A stretch of DNA of 64,000 bases from the human T2T-CHM13v2.0 reference genome, Homo sapiens (GCF_009914755.1 NC_060930.1); one strand, 5' to 3'; positions 1 to 14,868 are shown, counted from the stretch's first letter. Notes: generated by a model from the letters alone, not told the origin. Program-made: numbers and translations.

Positions 1-1643
1 ATACGTCATTTCACAGGTTTCCATATTTCAGCTTTCTAGCACAACGGTTTCTATTTTAGTAGGCTAAGATCTTTCATTCCCCTACTCAGTTCTGTGTTTC
101 TTTGGAGCACTGTGGCTTGGAGCCTTGTGGGGCAGAGTGATTGGTGCCATGTGTTCTTTATCAGGAGTGTAAGGAACAGCCCTAGAGAGGAAATGTGATT
201 TCTTTTTTTTTATTAATGGCATCATGGAACTGAATCAAACTTGCATTTTTGGTTCACACAATAGGACCCAGGTTTGTAGATTAAAAGAATATGCTGTGAC
301 TTGTGGAAACTCAACTGGCAACACGGATTATTTGCAGTCCAGCGTTTGTCCAGCCAGTCCCCAAGATGCCAGGACCCGATGGACTCCTGGAATCAGGGAT
401 GTGCTGCCTGAAGTCACTAAGGCAAGGGGCTGGGAACAGCTGACAATCCGGGCTCATTGCAGTGTCCCGGCCTCCCCTCCTACAGAGTGGTCCTGGCTGT
501 CTTGAGTGTAAGTGGGCAGGTGCTTGGAAACCTGGGACACACTGTTTTTTGCTTCCAGACCACAAAATAGACACCTTCCACCTTGTGAACTGTTGTGTTC
601 CTCTTTGGACTCCCTTTAGCTGATCAGGGAGGTGACATCAGAACGCAGCGGTCACTGATCCTTAAATCCTTCAAGGTCTGATTGTCAGAGTGCTAAATAC
701 CGTAACTTCAGGCGCATTCAGATTTCAACTCTTTTGAATCTTTTTGGTAGACATTGCATTTGCTTTTTGTGAAGTTTAGTTCTTTGACTTTGGTTAACTG
801 TGAACAGGAAACTTTTGGAAAGAACAGAGGCACATGTCAGCTAAATGAAGATGTTTGAGATGGCAAAGATCAAGGGCTTCCTTTTAAGATTTGCTGGTGA
901 GATTTTCCTACTGAGTTGGTACTAGAGGAATCAAATAGGTGAGATCAATGGAGTAGTAAAAGGCTATTTAAGTAAGTCATGAGTTCAGAGCAAGTTCAAC
1001 CAGAAACTCCACATTTATACAAACCACGCATATACATATGCAAACTTTTCTGGTAAGGCAAAGCCATTTTCAAGTGACTTATAAGACATTTAAGGAAATT
1101 GGGCTGGTATAATTTCTCCGATTGTAGTTACTCCTCCCATTCCCATCGTTGTCACTGGTCAAGTCCTGTTCTTTGAAACTTGTTACCTGAGGTCATTTCC
1201 CACAGAGTCGACAGCATACTAACATAGCTGGAAATAGGAAATTCAGTCTGAAAATCTGGATGAATTAGGAGTGGGGCAGACAGATTTCATGAACTAAGCT
1301 TGAAACATTTCATCTTTAAGTTGAAAATTTCATGAACACATCCTGCAGATGGTTTTTCTACAAGTAGCTACTCTTGGGTCAGGTTGAGGAAGCGTCCACT
1401 CTGGCAGATGAGAATTTTATGTTCCTGGGAAACTAACAGCCCTTAAAGGGATTGCCTTGCTGTGCTCTGAGGATGTGCAGTTTCAGCTCCTCCCTTGACA
1501 GCTTTGGGTAAAGAACCCTTGTCATCAGGAGGTTGTTCTGGTGCAGGTGAGGCAGCATCTTTTTAAACCCTTAGTAGGTGAAAGAGCTCACTATTTCCCA
1601 GAAACTTTTTCTTCCCATACGTTTTACATTATTTTTAAAAAAT

Positions 1644-2028
<385 letters not shown>

Positions 2029-3413
2029 TTATGTGCACAGACTTCAGGCATTTTTTTAAATTGCATTTTTCAGCCAGCAAACCCAGAGCCCCTGTGACGC
2101 TCGGATCACCATTAGGTGCAGAACCTAAGATTAGTAAGTTTCTATTTGCTGCATTAGGATTGTAAAAGCATAGATCCAACTGGGTGTGAAGGTCCCCACG
2201 ATATCTGTGAATATACTTGGGTATTAAATTGCAGACAAGTGTTAACAATGAAACACACAATATGTTCTTTGGAAATAAAATAACTTAGTACACATTTAGA
2301 AAGGTCTGTGAGTCCCCCACCCGCAACCCCTCCCAAAAAACCCCACCTGAACTAGATGTTGCTTTTGTAACCAGAATCCTGAGTTATTTTGGATTGTGCT
2401 GTTTACCAAAGTAATTAAAGATGAATTTATGTATTGGTGCAATGAGCCCTGGAAGACTGCTTTTTGTTTGTTTTTTTGTTTTTTGTTTTCTGGCAGAGAA
2501 AATGATGCCTTTGAGATGTATTGTAAAAATATTAAGTTCTGAGGCCAGGGGCTGTCCCTGCCTGGCATGACCCATCACTATCTAGAGCATGTGACAGTGG
2601 AGGGGGATGGAACGCCTGCCTTGGGGCTCCAAGCCCAGGCTGTGGCTTGTCCTCCCTGGCCTCTGCTGACTCTGGCCTGGGCAGAAGTGCCCGGATGGCT
2701 GCTTCAAAGTCAAAGGCAGAATTTTCTGAGCCTTCACTTTAGACTCTGCCATGTCCAGTTGGTTCAGAAAATCTTACAAAATGAGTCTGGTATACCCAGC
2801 TATAATTTGCCACTTTACAAAAAAACTTTTTAAAAGGAGTCTGTACTATCTGGTTAGATTTGTTAGATCCAAGGGTTTCTATAACAATTTGGCCCCATTC
2901 TCTGTAGGCACACGCATGAGAGGCAACAGTGGATGCCTGTGGTCCATTAACCATTACGTGCTGGCAGAGGTTTGGGACTGTAGGGCAAGGGAGACCCAAT
3001 TTCATGTGCAATGGCTTCCTTGTGAGTAATAGTCCATCGACCACCATTGTAATATCACTGAAATGTCCAAGTCATTTCTTCAGGGTCTGAAAATGCAATG
3101 TAGCCTCGCCAGGTGTGTGTCTGGAGTCCCTCAGCTTTCTAGGGATGCTGCCTGTGCAGGGTCCTGACTTGCCAGTGGGCCTGATGAGGCCCCCAACCCC
3201 GACTAGGTTGGTTCTTGGGACTTGGGCCAAAGTGTCTGACTTAACTGAAACCAGATAGGGCTGAGTGCTCCTTTATCAGCTACACAGCAGTGGCAAGAAT
3301 GAGCCACTATTGTGGATGGTGTATTTTAATGTGATTATGTGGAATTTTAAACAGTTCCTTCTAGTAATGTGAAAGAAAAAAACCTCATTTACCTCTGTTT
3401 TAAGATTTGCTTG

Positions 3414-3720
<307 letters not shown>

Positions 3721-4029
3721 TTAGAAGAAACATTTGCTTGAGCAACGTGCCTGGTGGAATATTAGGGATGACTAACAGATTTCTGTGAATGTGGTTTTGG
3801 CAGTGTTTATTTACACTGAGAACTACTGCAGTCCAAGCCCAGCCTTCAGATGTCTTCTTGGTTTTTAAACAGGGTAATTCTATCCTTGTGGCTTGAAAAT
3901 GTCTGTTCAATTCTGAGGATTTTCTTGTACTTTTTGTTGCTGCATGACTGTATGGTGGTGTTTCTGTATGTATTACACCTACAAATTGTGGAACCAAAGC
4001 CCTGATTTGAATACAGAATGTAAGCGATG

Positions 4030-4351
4030 TAGTACTTTAAAAGGGATCGCTGAAGGGGAAGGGGGATGAAGAGGAGTTGGTTAATGGGTACAAATATACA
4101 GTTAGATAGAAGGAATATGTTTAATATTTGGTAGTACTGGAGGGAAAGTATAGTTCACAGTAATTTACTGTGTATTTAAAAGTAGCCAGAAGAGAAAATT
4201 TGTAATGTTTTCAACACCAAGATAATCGTTCGAGATGATGGATAGCCCAGTTACCCTGATATGATCATCACACATGTACAGGTATCAAAATAGCACATGT
4301 AGCCCCAAATATGTACAACTATTATATATCTATTAAAGATTTAAAATAAAA
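4030..4351 (+). mobile_element. L1M (L1MA-like) 3' end fragment
   Basis: GTTGGTTAATGGGTACAAA...TAGATAGAAGGAATA...AATATGTACAACTATTAT...AATAAAA resembles an L1MA 3' terminus. Confidence 0.85.
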
Positions 4352-4371
4352 GTGATCACTATGTCTACGAA

Positions 4372-4904
4372 CATTTTTTGGTGCTCACAATCGGGGAGAG
4401 GGTGTGATTCTGGCATCTAGTGGTAGAGCCCCTGGGTGCTGCTAAACAGATCCTCATAATAAAGAATTATTTGACCTAAACCTGTTACAGGAAAAACCTT
4501 AGACAAACTAAATTTAACAGAGTTTAACCAAGCAAAGAACTATTCATGAGTCAGGCAGCCTGCGAACTAGAATAGATTCAGAGAGGCTTCCGGTGCAACC
4601 AAGTGGTAGCAGAAGATTCATGAACAGAAAAAGCCAAGTGACATACAGAAAATGGAAGTGAGGTACAGAAACAACCAGATTGGTTACAGCTTATTGCCTT
4701 ATTTAAAGCTGATTTCAACAGTTGGCTGCCTGTGATTGGCTGAAACTCAATGATTGGCACAAATGTAGGTTACAGTCTGTTTACATATCCAGTTAGGTTA
4801 CAGTTCACTATGTACAGAAAAACCTTTAGGCCACACTTAAAATATGTAAGGAGACAGCTTTAGGATATCCTTAACAAACCTCACTGCTGAGGTTAAAAAC
4901 CCTG
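4372..4904. mobile_element. MER20 (hAT-Charlie) remnant interrupted by a MER57 LTR
   Basis: CTGGCATCTAGTGG...GCTGCTAAACA...AAAGAATTAT, resuming GCTGAGGTTAAAAACCCTG after the LTR. Confidence 0.75.
4483..4876 (-). mobile_element. MER57-family solo LTR (ERV1)
   Basis: TG...CA ends; 4-bp TSD AACC at 4479-4482 and 4877-4880; reverse complement resembles the MER57 consensus (CTAAAGCTG...GTGAACTGTAACCTAACTGGAT, CCAAT boxes). Confidence 0.85.
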
Positions 4905-4910
4905 AGTATT

Positions 4911-5374
<464 letters not shown>

Positions 5375-5422
5375 TCACAATAAGAGTTACAATAATAAAA
5401 ACTAAACAAAGAAACTGCCACT

Positions 5423-5718
5423 AGGTGGGTGCAGTAGCTCATGCCTGTAATCTCAGCACTTTGGGAAACTGAGGTGGGAGGATTGCTTGAGGCCAGGAGT
5501 TTGAGACCAGCCAGGACAACATAGTGAGACCCTATATCTACAAAAAATTTAAAAATTAGCTGGTTGTAGTGGCGCACACCTGTAGCCCCAGCTACTTGAG
5601 AGGCTGAGGTAGGAGGATTGCTTGAGCCTGGGAGGTAGAGGCCACAGTGAGTTATGATCATTTCACTGCACTCCAGTCTGGTGACAGAGCAAGACTGTTT
5701 CAAAAAAACAAACACAAA
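5423..5718 (+). mobile_element. Alu (AluJ-type)
   Basis: Diverged dimeric Alu. Confidence 0.95.
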
Positions 5719-6461
5719 AATCCAACCCTACCACTGAGAAGTGTATAAAGCATTGGTGAAGAAGTACCCTTAGCTATGGGGGAGGTGGCCTGTGTGGGGA
5801 TGAGACACTGGCTCTAGGACAGCCAGGCCTGCAGTTGCCACCAGCTCACCCCTGGCTAGCCAAGTGCTTTCAGATAAGACCCTTAAAATAGTGTGAGTGA
5901 GTTTTCATGCTTGCAAAATAGGGGCGGTAACTCCTGCCTAATATAGATTGTTGTGAGCACTGAGGGAAGTTAGTTGTGAAGTGCCAAGCAAGCCGTTGGT
6001 CTCAACATCTTTCTCTTTTCCCTCTGGCCTCTGCCAGTTTGGTTTTTGCTGATTTTATTCTGAGGATAAACACTGTCTGGCTCCAGCTGAATGTAGGAAG
6101 CATAACTGAATCTTCCAGTTGGGAGAACAAATGATAGTAGCCCTGAGTGTGCTAACCAGACAAACAAACTGTTTTTGTTACCTGGGCAGAAAGTATCCAT
6201 TTGCTTCTTGTCCACATGGTGGGACGCTCTTAGTTTGTTTTCTGTTGCTTATAACAGAATACTTGGAACTGGATAATTTATAAAGAAAGGGAATTCATGT
6301 CTTATAGTTATGGAGACTGTGGAGTCCAAGGTGAAGGAGCTGCATGTGGTGAGGGCCTTCTTGCTGGTGGAGACTCTCTGCAGAATTCTGAGGTGACGCA
6401 GAGCGTCACATGGTGAGGGGGCCGAGCAGGCTTGCTCAGGTTTCTCTCCCTCTTCTTAGAA

Positions 6462-6734
6462 AGCCAACAGTCTAATATATCTATATGTTTGAGACAGGGT
6501 CTTGTTCTGTCACCCAGGCTGGAGTGCAGTGGCACGATCATGGCTCATGGCAGCCACCAGTCTAATATACCTATATGTTTGAGACAGGGTCTTGTTCTGT
6601 CACCCAGGCTGGAGTGCAGTGGCACGATCATGGCTCATGGCAGCCACCAGTCTAATATACCTATATGTTTGAGACAGGGTCTTGTTCTGTCACCCAGGCT
6701 GGAGTGCAGTGGCACGATTATGGCTCATGGCAGC
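6462..6734. repeat. 90-bp tandem repeat, 3 near-identical copies
   Basis: CTATATGTTTGAGACAGGG starts at 6481, 6571 and 6661. Confidence 0.97.
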
Positions 6735-6959
6735 TAAAGTGATGGGCTAAAGTGATCCTCCAGCCTCCAGCCCCAGCCTCCTAAGTAGCTGGGACTACAG
6801 GCATGAGCCACCGCACCTGGATCATTTTTGTTGATTTTTTGTAGAGACGGCATCTCACTATGTTGTCCAGGCTGGTCTCTAATTCCTGAGCTCAAGGAAT
6901 CCTCCTGCCTCAGCCTTCTAAAGTGCTGGGATTAGAGGCAAGAGCCACTGTACCCGGCC
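6488..6959 (-). mobile_element. Alu (AluJ-type) with triplicated 3' end
   Basis: Antisense Alu; TGAGACAGGGTCTTGTTCTGTCACCCAGGCTGGAGTGCAG occurs three times. Confidence 0.93.
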
Positions 6960-7304
6960 AATAAATTAATATATTAATGGACTAATCTATTCATGATGGC
7001 AGAGCCTGCACGACCCAATCACCTCTTAAAGGCCCATTCTCTCAATACTGCCACTTTGGGATTCAGTTTCAACAGGAGCAATGAAGGGAGACAAATATTC
7101 AAACCACCGCAGATGTGTATTAAGCACACACATTGTTACGACATCATACACATGCTGTACATACACTAATCTCACTTACATACACTGCGTTTCCTTACAA
7201 CAGCCTCTTCAGAGATTATCCACCCGATCTAAAGCAGCTACTCTTGAGGGGCCTCCTGTTTGGTGTCTGTTCTTTTTGTTTGGTGTGTGTTTTTATACAA
7301 AAAA

Positions 7305-7435
7305 AATTCTTTTTAGAGATAGGATCTTGCTATGTTGCCCAGCTTGGCCTTGAACTCCTGGGACAGGCAGAGTCCTCCTGCCTTGGCTTCCTGAGTGGCT
7401 GGGACTACAGGGGTGCACCACTGCACCCAGCTTGG
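7305..7435 (-). mobile_element. Alu monomer (FLAM-like)
   Basis: TAGAGATAGGATCTTGCTATGTTGCCCAG...GGGACTACAGG. Confidence 0.85.
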
Positions 7436-8514
7436 ACCTTAATTTATACGGACAACTCCACGCCTACATCTACAGATAGTCTCTGCGTTTACACATCCTG
7501 CTCCGTTCCGAACCCAGCCAGCTCCACACATGTAAGGAAATGGCATTTTCTTCATTCAGATGGACTCTCAGCCTCCCCAAAGTTGGCACTGTGAGTCTCT
7601 GGTAGGGCAGGCCCAGCAGGCACGTGGCTCTGCTCTGCTCGGGAGTGGTGTAGGGCCAGGCTGCCTTTGGCTGCAGGCTGCCCACAGCAGAGAGCTGCTT
7701 CTCATCCTAGGCTTGGCCTAGAGATCCCTGCTTCACATCAATGCCATTCTCATGAGCAAACCCATTTACACATACCCTCGGAGTGGGCCTGTCCCTATGC
7801 AAACCTGTTTGGCAGTATCTCCTGAACCAGAACAACCCCATGATCCGAAATTCCACCTAGGTACAGGAGTGTGTACACACGAGCACCAGGAGACACGCAC
7901 AAGAATATTGACGGTGGCATTATCTGTCATAGTCAAAAGCTGGAAACAATGCATGCTGCAACAGCCCATCTGAGGCAGGGTGGGCAGAACCGGGTGAGGG
8001 AGGTACACGTCCACGCGCCTCATCTTACATCACCCGAGGCACACACCCATCAGTACCACGGCGGGCAGAACCCCTGGTGTTCTCACTTGCCAACTGTGTC
8101 TCTCCCTTGCTGAGGGGAATGGCTGCTTTCCACTTGGTTAGGTACTCATAGGATGTGATGCCACTTTCCTGGATGACTTTACTCAATCCTAACTCTCAGA
8201 TGGGGAGTGGGCTGGAGGAACACCTATTCTTCACATCTGGTTGCCGAGAGGACTTTTCCCATATTTGTGGTCTCTTCCCCTCCACCAACACCCCCAATGC
8301 TGCTCACAGTGACCCGCTTGGTGGGTGACAGCCATTGTCCACACTGACTGGTGGCATAAGCGCATCTCTCAGAGGTTCTGAGGGTGGGTGGGTCACGGCT
8401 TTCTTGTCTCTCTTCTTGTACCAGTGGGGGCTACAATCTGGGCAGTGCATCTGCTTTGCAGACTCATGTTTCCCTTGGATTTGAAGGGGCTAGTTGAAGG
8501 TATATACTTATATA

Positions 8515-8913
<399 letters not shown>

Positions 8914-8924
8914 TGATCTTCATA

Positions 8925-9059
8925 TTTTTTATTTCTTTTGTTTTGAGATGGGGTCTTGCTATGTTGCCCAGGCTGGCCTTGAACTCCTGGCCTCGAGCAA
9001 TCCTCCCACCTTGGCTTCCTGAGTTGCTGGGATTACAGGTGTGAGTCACCGCACCTGGC
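8925..9059 (-). mobile_element. Alu monomer (FLAM-like)
   Basis: TGAGATGGGGTCTTGCTATGTTGCCCAGG...GGATTACAGGTGTGAG. Confidence 0.88.
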
Positions 9060-9064
9060 ACATC

Positions 9065-9190
9065 ACTCCTAGTTTACAGCTGAAGAAATTGACTGTCAGA
9101 AAGGTTGAGTCATGTGCCAGGAAGTAAGAGCCTGAGCTTGGATTTGAACCCAGGTCAATCTGACCCAGATCCACTGCTCTGAACCATCTA
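9065..9190 (-). mobile_element. MIR fragment
   Basis: TTTACAGCTGAAGAAATTGA...GGATTTGAACCCAGG. Confidence 0.75.
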
Positions 9191-11134
9191 CTCATCAAAC
9201 AAATACACACACAGAGAAGACAGCGTATCTGCACTTGATCCACAGGAAGGACATTTTGCTTGGGTGCCTCCTCTCCTCCTTGGTCTCTCCTCAGGATGCA
9301 GCCCTAGACATTTAGACCTGTCAATGTCTGGACCAGAGGCCAGTGTCCCTCTCTTTACCATCTTGGACCTGTCGTGGCTCTTCTGCAGGACTCAGCAGGA
9401 CGAGGTCCCCTTCTCAGTAGGGAACTTACCTACTAAAAAATGGGAACTTACCTCTTGCAGGCCTCAATATGGCTCCATATTTCAATAAAACCCAGCATGT
9501 GCCAAACTGCAAGTTACAGAAACTGATACAAGCCAGCGTGAGCAAGGAGGGGAGTTGGCTCATGGATGCTGGGTTCTTGCCTGGAATCTAAGGGCCATGG
9601 GGCCTCTCCAGGGCCTGGAAGCCAGGACGTATGGAGCCCTGGAACCAGCAGGAACGGTCCCTGCCTCATCTCTGCTCTCTGAGGTTGCATTCGTCTCTCC
9701 TTCCAGAGCGGATTTCTCTTCTCCCCTGTCTACATGATGGATGGAAGATGACCGCTCTGGACCTCCCAGGCCTGTGTCACTTGAGCTCCAGCAAGAATCC
9801 CAGACAGAAACAGCAGCTCTCACTCCTAGTTCTAAGAGAAAGTACTTCGCCTACTTGGGGACAGGTGTCATCCCAGTTCCATCAGCTGTGGTTAGAGGTG
9901 GGGGTGGGGTCATGATGCAAAATGGTGGTCAAGAACCCCCAACTCCTGTTGTGAGGGATCAAAAGGGGTTCCTGTGAGCTTGGCTGACACCCCCAATGTC
10001 TCTACTGCAACCAGGACTCTGCAAAACACAGGCATACAGCGATGAGTGAGGTGTGGTCCTGTGGACGTGTGTTCCTGTTAAGGGGATGTGCTGTTGCCTC
10101 TTATTTCAGTGAGGGGCAGTCCCCCTGCCAGTCTTTCAGGATCAAAGCGCTGGTGTTATCTTTGCTTCGCCCCCATCCTTTATTCTGTGTCTCCATTGCT
10201 CATCAAGTCCATCATTTGGAAATGCCTTTTGGATTCATTCTTTCTTCTCCATCTGACCCACACTGACACTGCCCCGTCCTCTGCCAGCCCCTAGTCCCCT
10301 TACGTCTCCGTGCCTGCCACAGGGCCCTAGCTGGTCCCCCTCCCCTCTCAGTGGCCACTCTGTGTATCTCTCCCTAGCTGCTCCACTGCACATCGCTGCC
10401 GTACATCGCTGTTCCCTTGCATAGCAGCTCCCTTCCCCACCACATAACCCCCACACCCCTTATCCTAGCATTTATGGCTCAGGTAGAAGTAGTTCCTCCT
10501 TCTGAATATTACTCCCTCCCTCTTCCAGCCCTATTTTATCTGTGCCTCTCCCAGGGAATTTACAGAACTCGTACAGCTATTTACATACATGTCTTAAGGA
10601 CAATGCAAAACGTTCTGTGATTAAGGGATGAATCCATGTTTGGTCCATTTCTTCATCCCCTAAGGTATCTGGCAGTTTCTAGAAGGAATGACAGAGGAGC
10701 TAATAGTTATTGCTTACTGTGTATTAAACCTCGTGAAAGAACTTTGTGTTACGCACTGAAAATCCTTATAGCAACCCTGCAAAGTAGGTATTTGATTAAC
10801 TCATTTTTATGAATGAGGAAACAGAAATTTGGTGAAGCTACTTGCTCAGGATCTCACCACCAGGAAGTGGCAGGGCTGGAAGATGAAGGAATGAATGACT
10901 TTCTAGGATGTCCATACCTGGGGGCTGCATATAGTTGACCTGCTCTTATTTTCTCAACAAGAAGCCTCTATGAACCAGGATTCAGGCAACATCACACAGC
11001 CAGCTAGTGGCTGGGCTGGGGTTAGAGTCCCTCGTACATGAAGACATTCACCAGCTCAGACTGTCCCATCCAGTGACTAGTTTCTTTTCACCATCCTCAA
11101 AACTACCACCACACCATTTTATCTTTCCCTCTCT

Positions 11135-11284
11135 CTTTTTTTTCACTCTGTCCCCTAGCCTAGAGTGCAGTGGTGCAATCATGGCTCACTTGACCTCCTG
11201 GGCTCAAGTGGTCCTCCTGCCTCAGCCTCCCGATTAGTTGGGACTACAGGCAAAACACGAAAACACTACATCCAACTAATGCTT

Positions 11285-11325
<41 letters not shown>

Positions 11326-11430
11326 GAGAGTTATGTTGCCTAGGCTGGTCTTGAACTCCTGGCCTCAAGCAGTCCTCTTGCTTCGTCCTTCCAAAGTGTT
11401 GGGATTAAAGGTGTGAGCCATTGCACCTGG
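11135..11430 (-). mobile_element. Alu (AluJ-type) with expanded T-run linker
   Basis: Antisense dimeric Alu. Confidence 0.92.
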
Positions 11431-12973
11431 CCTGATTTTTTTTTTAAAGACATGTTTTATATTTTCAGTAGTTTGAGCTATTGAGCTACCCTTTCTCTAC
11501 TTTGGACAAGCTTCTATTTATACAGAACCACAAGGAAGTGTTGGTTATGTTTTAAGTATGTTAATGTATGCTAAACTTGGCAAATTAATAATTTTAAACA
11601 CATTACATGCTTGAAATATGAATGGAAGGGTGTCTTTGGCAACTCTTGACAAGACTCTTAGCCTCAGCATTGTAGTCCTTGGTCATACATCCTGTATGTG
11701 CTGTGCAAATCACACATGTGCATATAAATGAAACGCTCCTTTAAGACTAGAACCAATTGTATTGTTATTAAACGGTCTCTGTATTCAAGACTGATGAAGT
11801 CACATGAATTCACTAGGTAACTGACAGGAAGTTCTAGTGAAATGTTTCAACAATATTTAACTGACACTCCCAAACAAAGGAAATAAAGTACCTCTCTGGC
11901 TGATGGAAGAAAAAGGTTTCTATTTAGTACCATTGGACTAAGAAAGCTTATCACTTTATTAGGAAGAGAAAGCGGACCATTTCTAGGCAGGTATTTTCTT
12001 GCAGAAGCAGCCTCTCACTGGAAGTCTTGCATCCCTGTGGAGGTACAGCCAGAATGCCTCATGAACAACACGGGCCACGCTGTGGTCAGCACAGGTGTGG
12101 TTAGCCTGAGACCGGCTACTCAGGCTCCAAGTGCAGTTCCAGCTCTATTGGTGTCAGTCATTCTTGTCATCTAATTTCAAGACAGCACGACACTGACTTC
12201 GCTTTTACTGCTGTGGTGTCAACGATCCCCCAGGTAAAGAATATAGTCCATTAACCTCTGAGAGTTTTCCTTCTGGGTTCTCTTCAGGGTCTTTGAAGTC
12301 AAAACTCTGCCCTTGAGCAAAAGCAGCTGCATCCATCCTATTCCCCAAATGGATATCAACACGAGAAGCCATTTTCATCCATGGTTCCCTGCGGCACTAA
12401 TAAGAGCTGCAGAAAGATTGAAAAGTGAAGATCGTATTGTTCTCAGAGGTGAGCTGAGCCACCGTCCACATAGACTTTAGGTAAACTCTCCAAGAAAGCC
12501 TGCTGAATCGTAAGCCATTGCTTTCTCCATCAAGTTCCAGTTTTTCTCTAGATCATTTTGTAACAACTGGCAAACACAGAAGAAGCGGGGAGGCATCTGT
12601 CAACTCGGGGTTGCACATGGCACGGCTCCTGTTGGCTGTTCTTCTGTTCGTAATAATGAATATCCACTCGGGTTCTGCCAGCTTCATCTTTGTGATCTCA
12701 GCAAATGTGTACATTCCAGAGATCCAGGAAAGATGGCTGCTTCATGGAGCTTCTGAATCACCCTGGGCTACTGACACACAGCCACTGGCACAGGTTCACA
12801 GAGCTAACATTTGATCACGTGGGTTCAGACCCTACTTATCAAGGGACTTCTCATCCACGACTGTGGGCAGGTCCTTGGGGACAGGGAAGCTTTCTCCTTC
12901 TGCTTTTTGATCCGTTATCTTTTCTTCAGCTTCTGCTGTTATTTATAGGTTCGCTTCAATATCTGAGATATTC

Positions 12974-13272
12974 TTTTTTTTTTTTTTTTTTTGAGACAAG
13001 AGTCTCACTCTGTCACCCAGGCTGGAGTTCAGTGGCGTGATCCCGGCTCATTGCAACCTCTGCCTCTGGCTTCAAGCAATTCTCTGCCTCAGTCTCCTGA
13101 GTAGCTGGGATTACAGGCGCCCACTGCCACGCCTGGCTAATTTTTTTTGTATCTTTAGGAGAGATGGGGTTTCACCATGTTGGCCAGGCTGGTCTTGAAC
13201 TCCTGACATCGTGGTCCATCCACCTCGGCTTCCCAAAGTGCTGGGATTACAGGTGTGAGCCACCGCACCTGG
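12974..13272 (-). mobile_element. Alu (AluS-type) inside the retro-insertion
   Basis: Antisense Alu; TSD GAGATATTCTTT at 12965 and 13275. Confidence 0.96.
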
Positions 13273-13589
13273 AGGAGATATTCTTTAATCTAGAAAGCAA
13301 ATACTAGTTTATATGAAGTACTTAGCAAAAAAAAAAAAAAAGCTAATTTTCTACAAATGTATATTTTCTGTATACTTGTTGATATTTTACTGTGCTTTTA
13401 TTTTCAGTCTTAGAAACAGGCAGCCAATATATAGAGCAACCTTCCTCAAACTTTTAATGTTAATCTCATGACCAAAGTAGAGAATCTCCCCCCACCAGCC
13501 CTCCTCTTCCAATCGAACTTACACACAAAGAGCTTTGCCTAAAGCAGGAAGTTATTTGCTCTACAGAGTTACGGGTAAAATCTTTATAA

Positions 13590-13910
<321 letters not shown>

Positions 13911-14444
13911 ACTCCAGTGATTTTTAAAAATTATTAAATGGATAAACAATTTCCTGGGAAGAAAAGAGCTACCCTTTCTCTACTTTGAAGAAAAGATAAA
14001 TTCATCGAGTCTGGGCTTTCTGTTTGAAGTTGAGGTTGTTCGAAGTCAGCAGTGGGGACAAAATTCCAGACAGTGGCTGCTCCTGTCTGGTCTCAGCCAG
14101 AGCCCCTTCTTAGTTCCTCAGGCCCTGCTCCTGGGACTCCTCCTAGACTCCCTGCAGCCCTCAGGCCTGGTCTCCTCATCCAATCAATCACCAAGTTCTG
14201 CTGACTCGACTTTTTCTTTTCTTTCTGGTTGGCCAGCCCTTCCATCTGTAGGACACGTGATGACTGTTTCGACTGTTTCTCCAGGACTTGTTCTCTAAAG
14301 GGAGTGACCAGTATTCTGAAGATATTTGTGGAAATGTCCCCATACAGGAGACCTGCAGTTTTGGCCGTTTGTCTGCCTACTCTTTGGTTTGCTATGTGGC
14401 CCTGAGAAAGTAATACATTAATACATTAATACAGAGATGCTCTC

Positions 14445-14730
14445 TGTATTAGTTTGCTGTTACTTCATAATAATCTACCTCCAAACTCAGTGACTAATGT
14501 AACAGTTAATTATTTAGCACATGTCTGAGGGGTGGCTGAATATGACTGACCTAAGCTAGACCAGGCTAGGGGACTCTGTGGACTTTCTCGCGCATCGGCA
14601 GGTGGGCTGGGGAGCTCGGGCTGTGCTCAGCTGGGGCAGCTCTGCTCCAGGTTTCCTGTCCTCCTTCAATGGCGGCCCACCCCAGCCAGTTCTCAGGGTG
14701 ATGCTGACTCTGCTTCTGTTCAGCTGTTGC
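14445..14730. mobile_element. Old MaLR LTR (MLT1J/K-like) remnant
   Basis: TGTATTAGTTTGCT...CCAAACTCAGTGACTAA...TTATTTAGCACA pattern. Confidence 0.55.
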
Positions 14731-14868
14731 CTCTTGGTGAAGTCACCATCGCTTGCCTGGAATGCCACACCCAATCCCCCACTCCTCCGAAAAGCTGGTC
14801 TCCCTGCATCTCTCCCAGTGTATCCCCTCAAAAGCAGACAATGTGACCTTTTAAAAAATACAAACTTC

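Larger units (their letters stand above)
6226..7111. mobile_element. MaLR LTR (MLT1A/MST-like) interrupted by an Alu
   Basis: TCTTAGTTTGTTTTCTGTTGCTTATAACAGAATAC...GAGTCCAAGGTGAAGG, resuming CCAATCACCTCTTAAAGGCCC...ATTCAAACCA. Confidence 0.8.
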
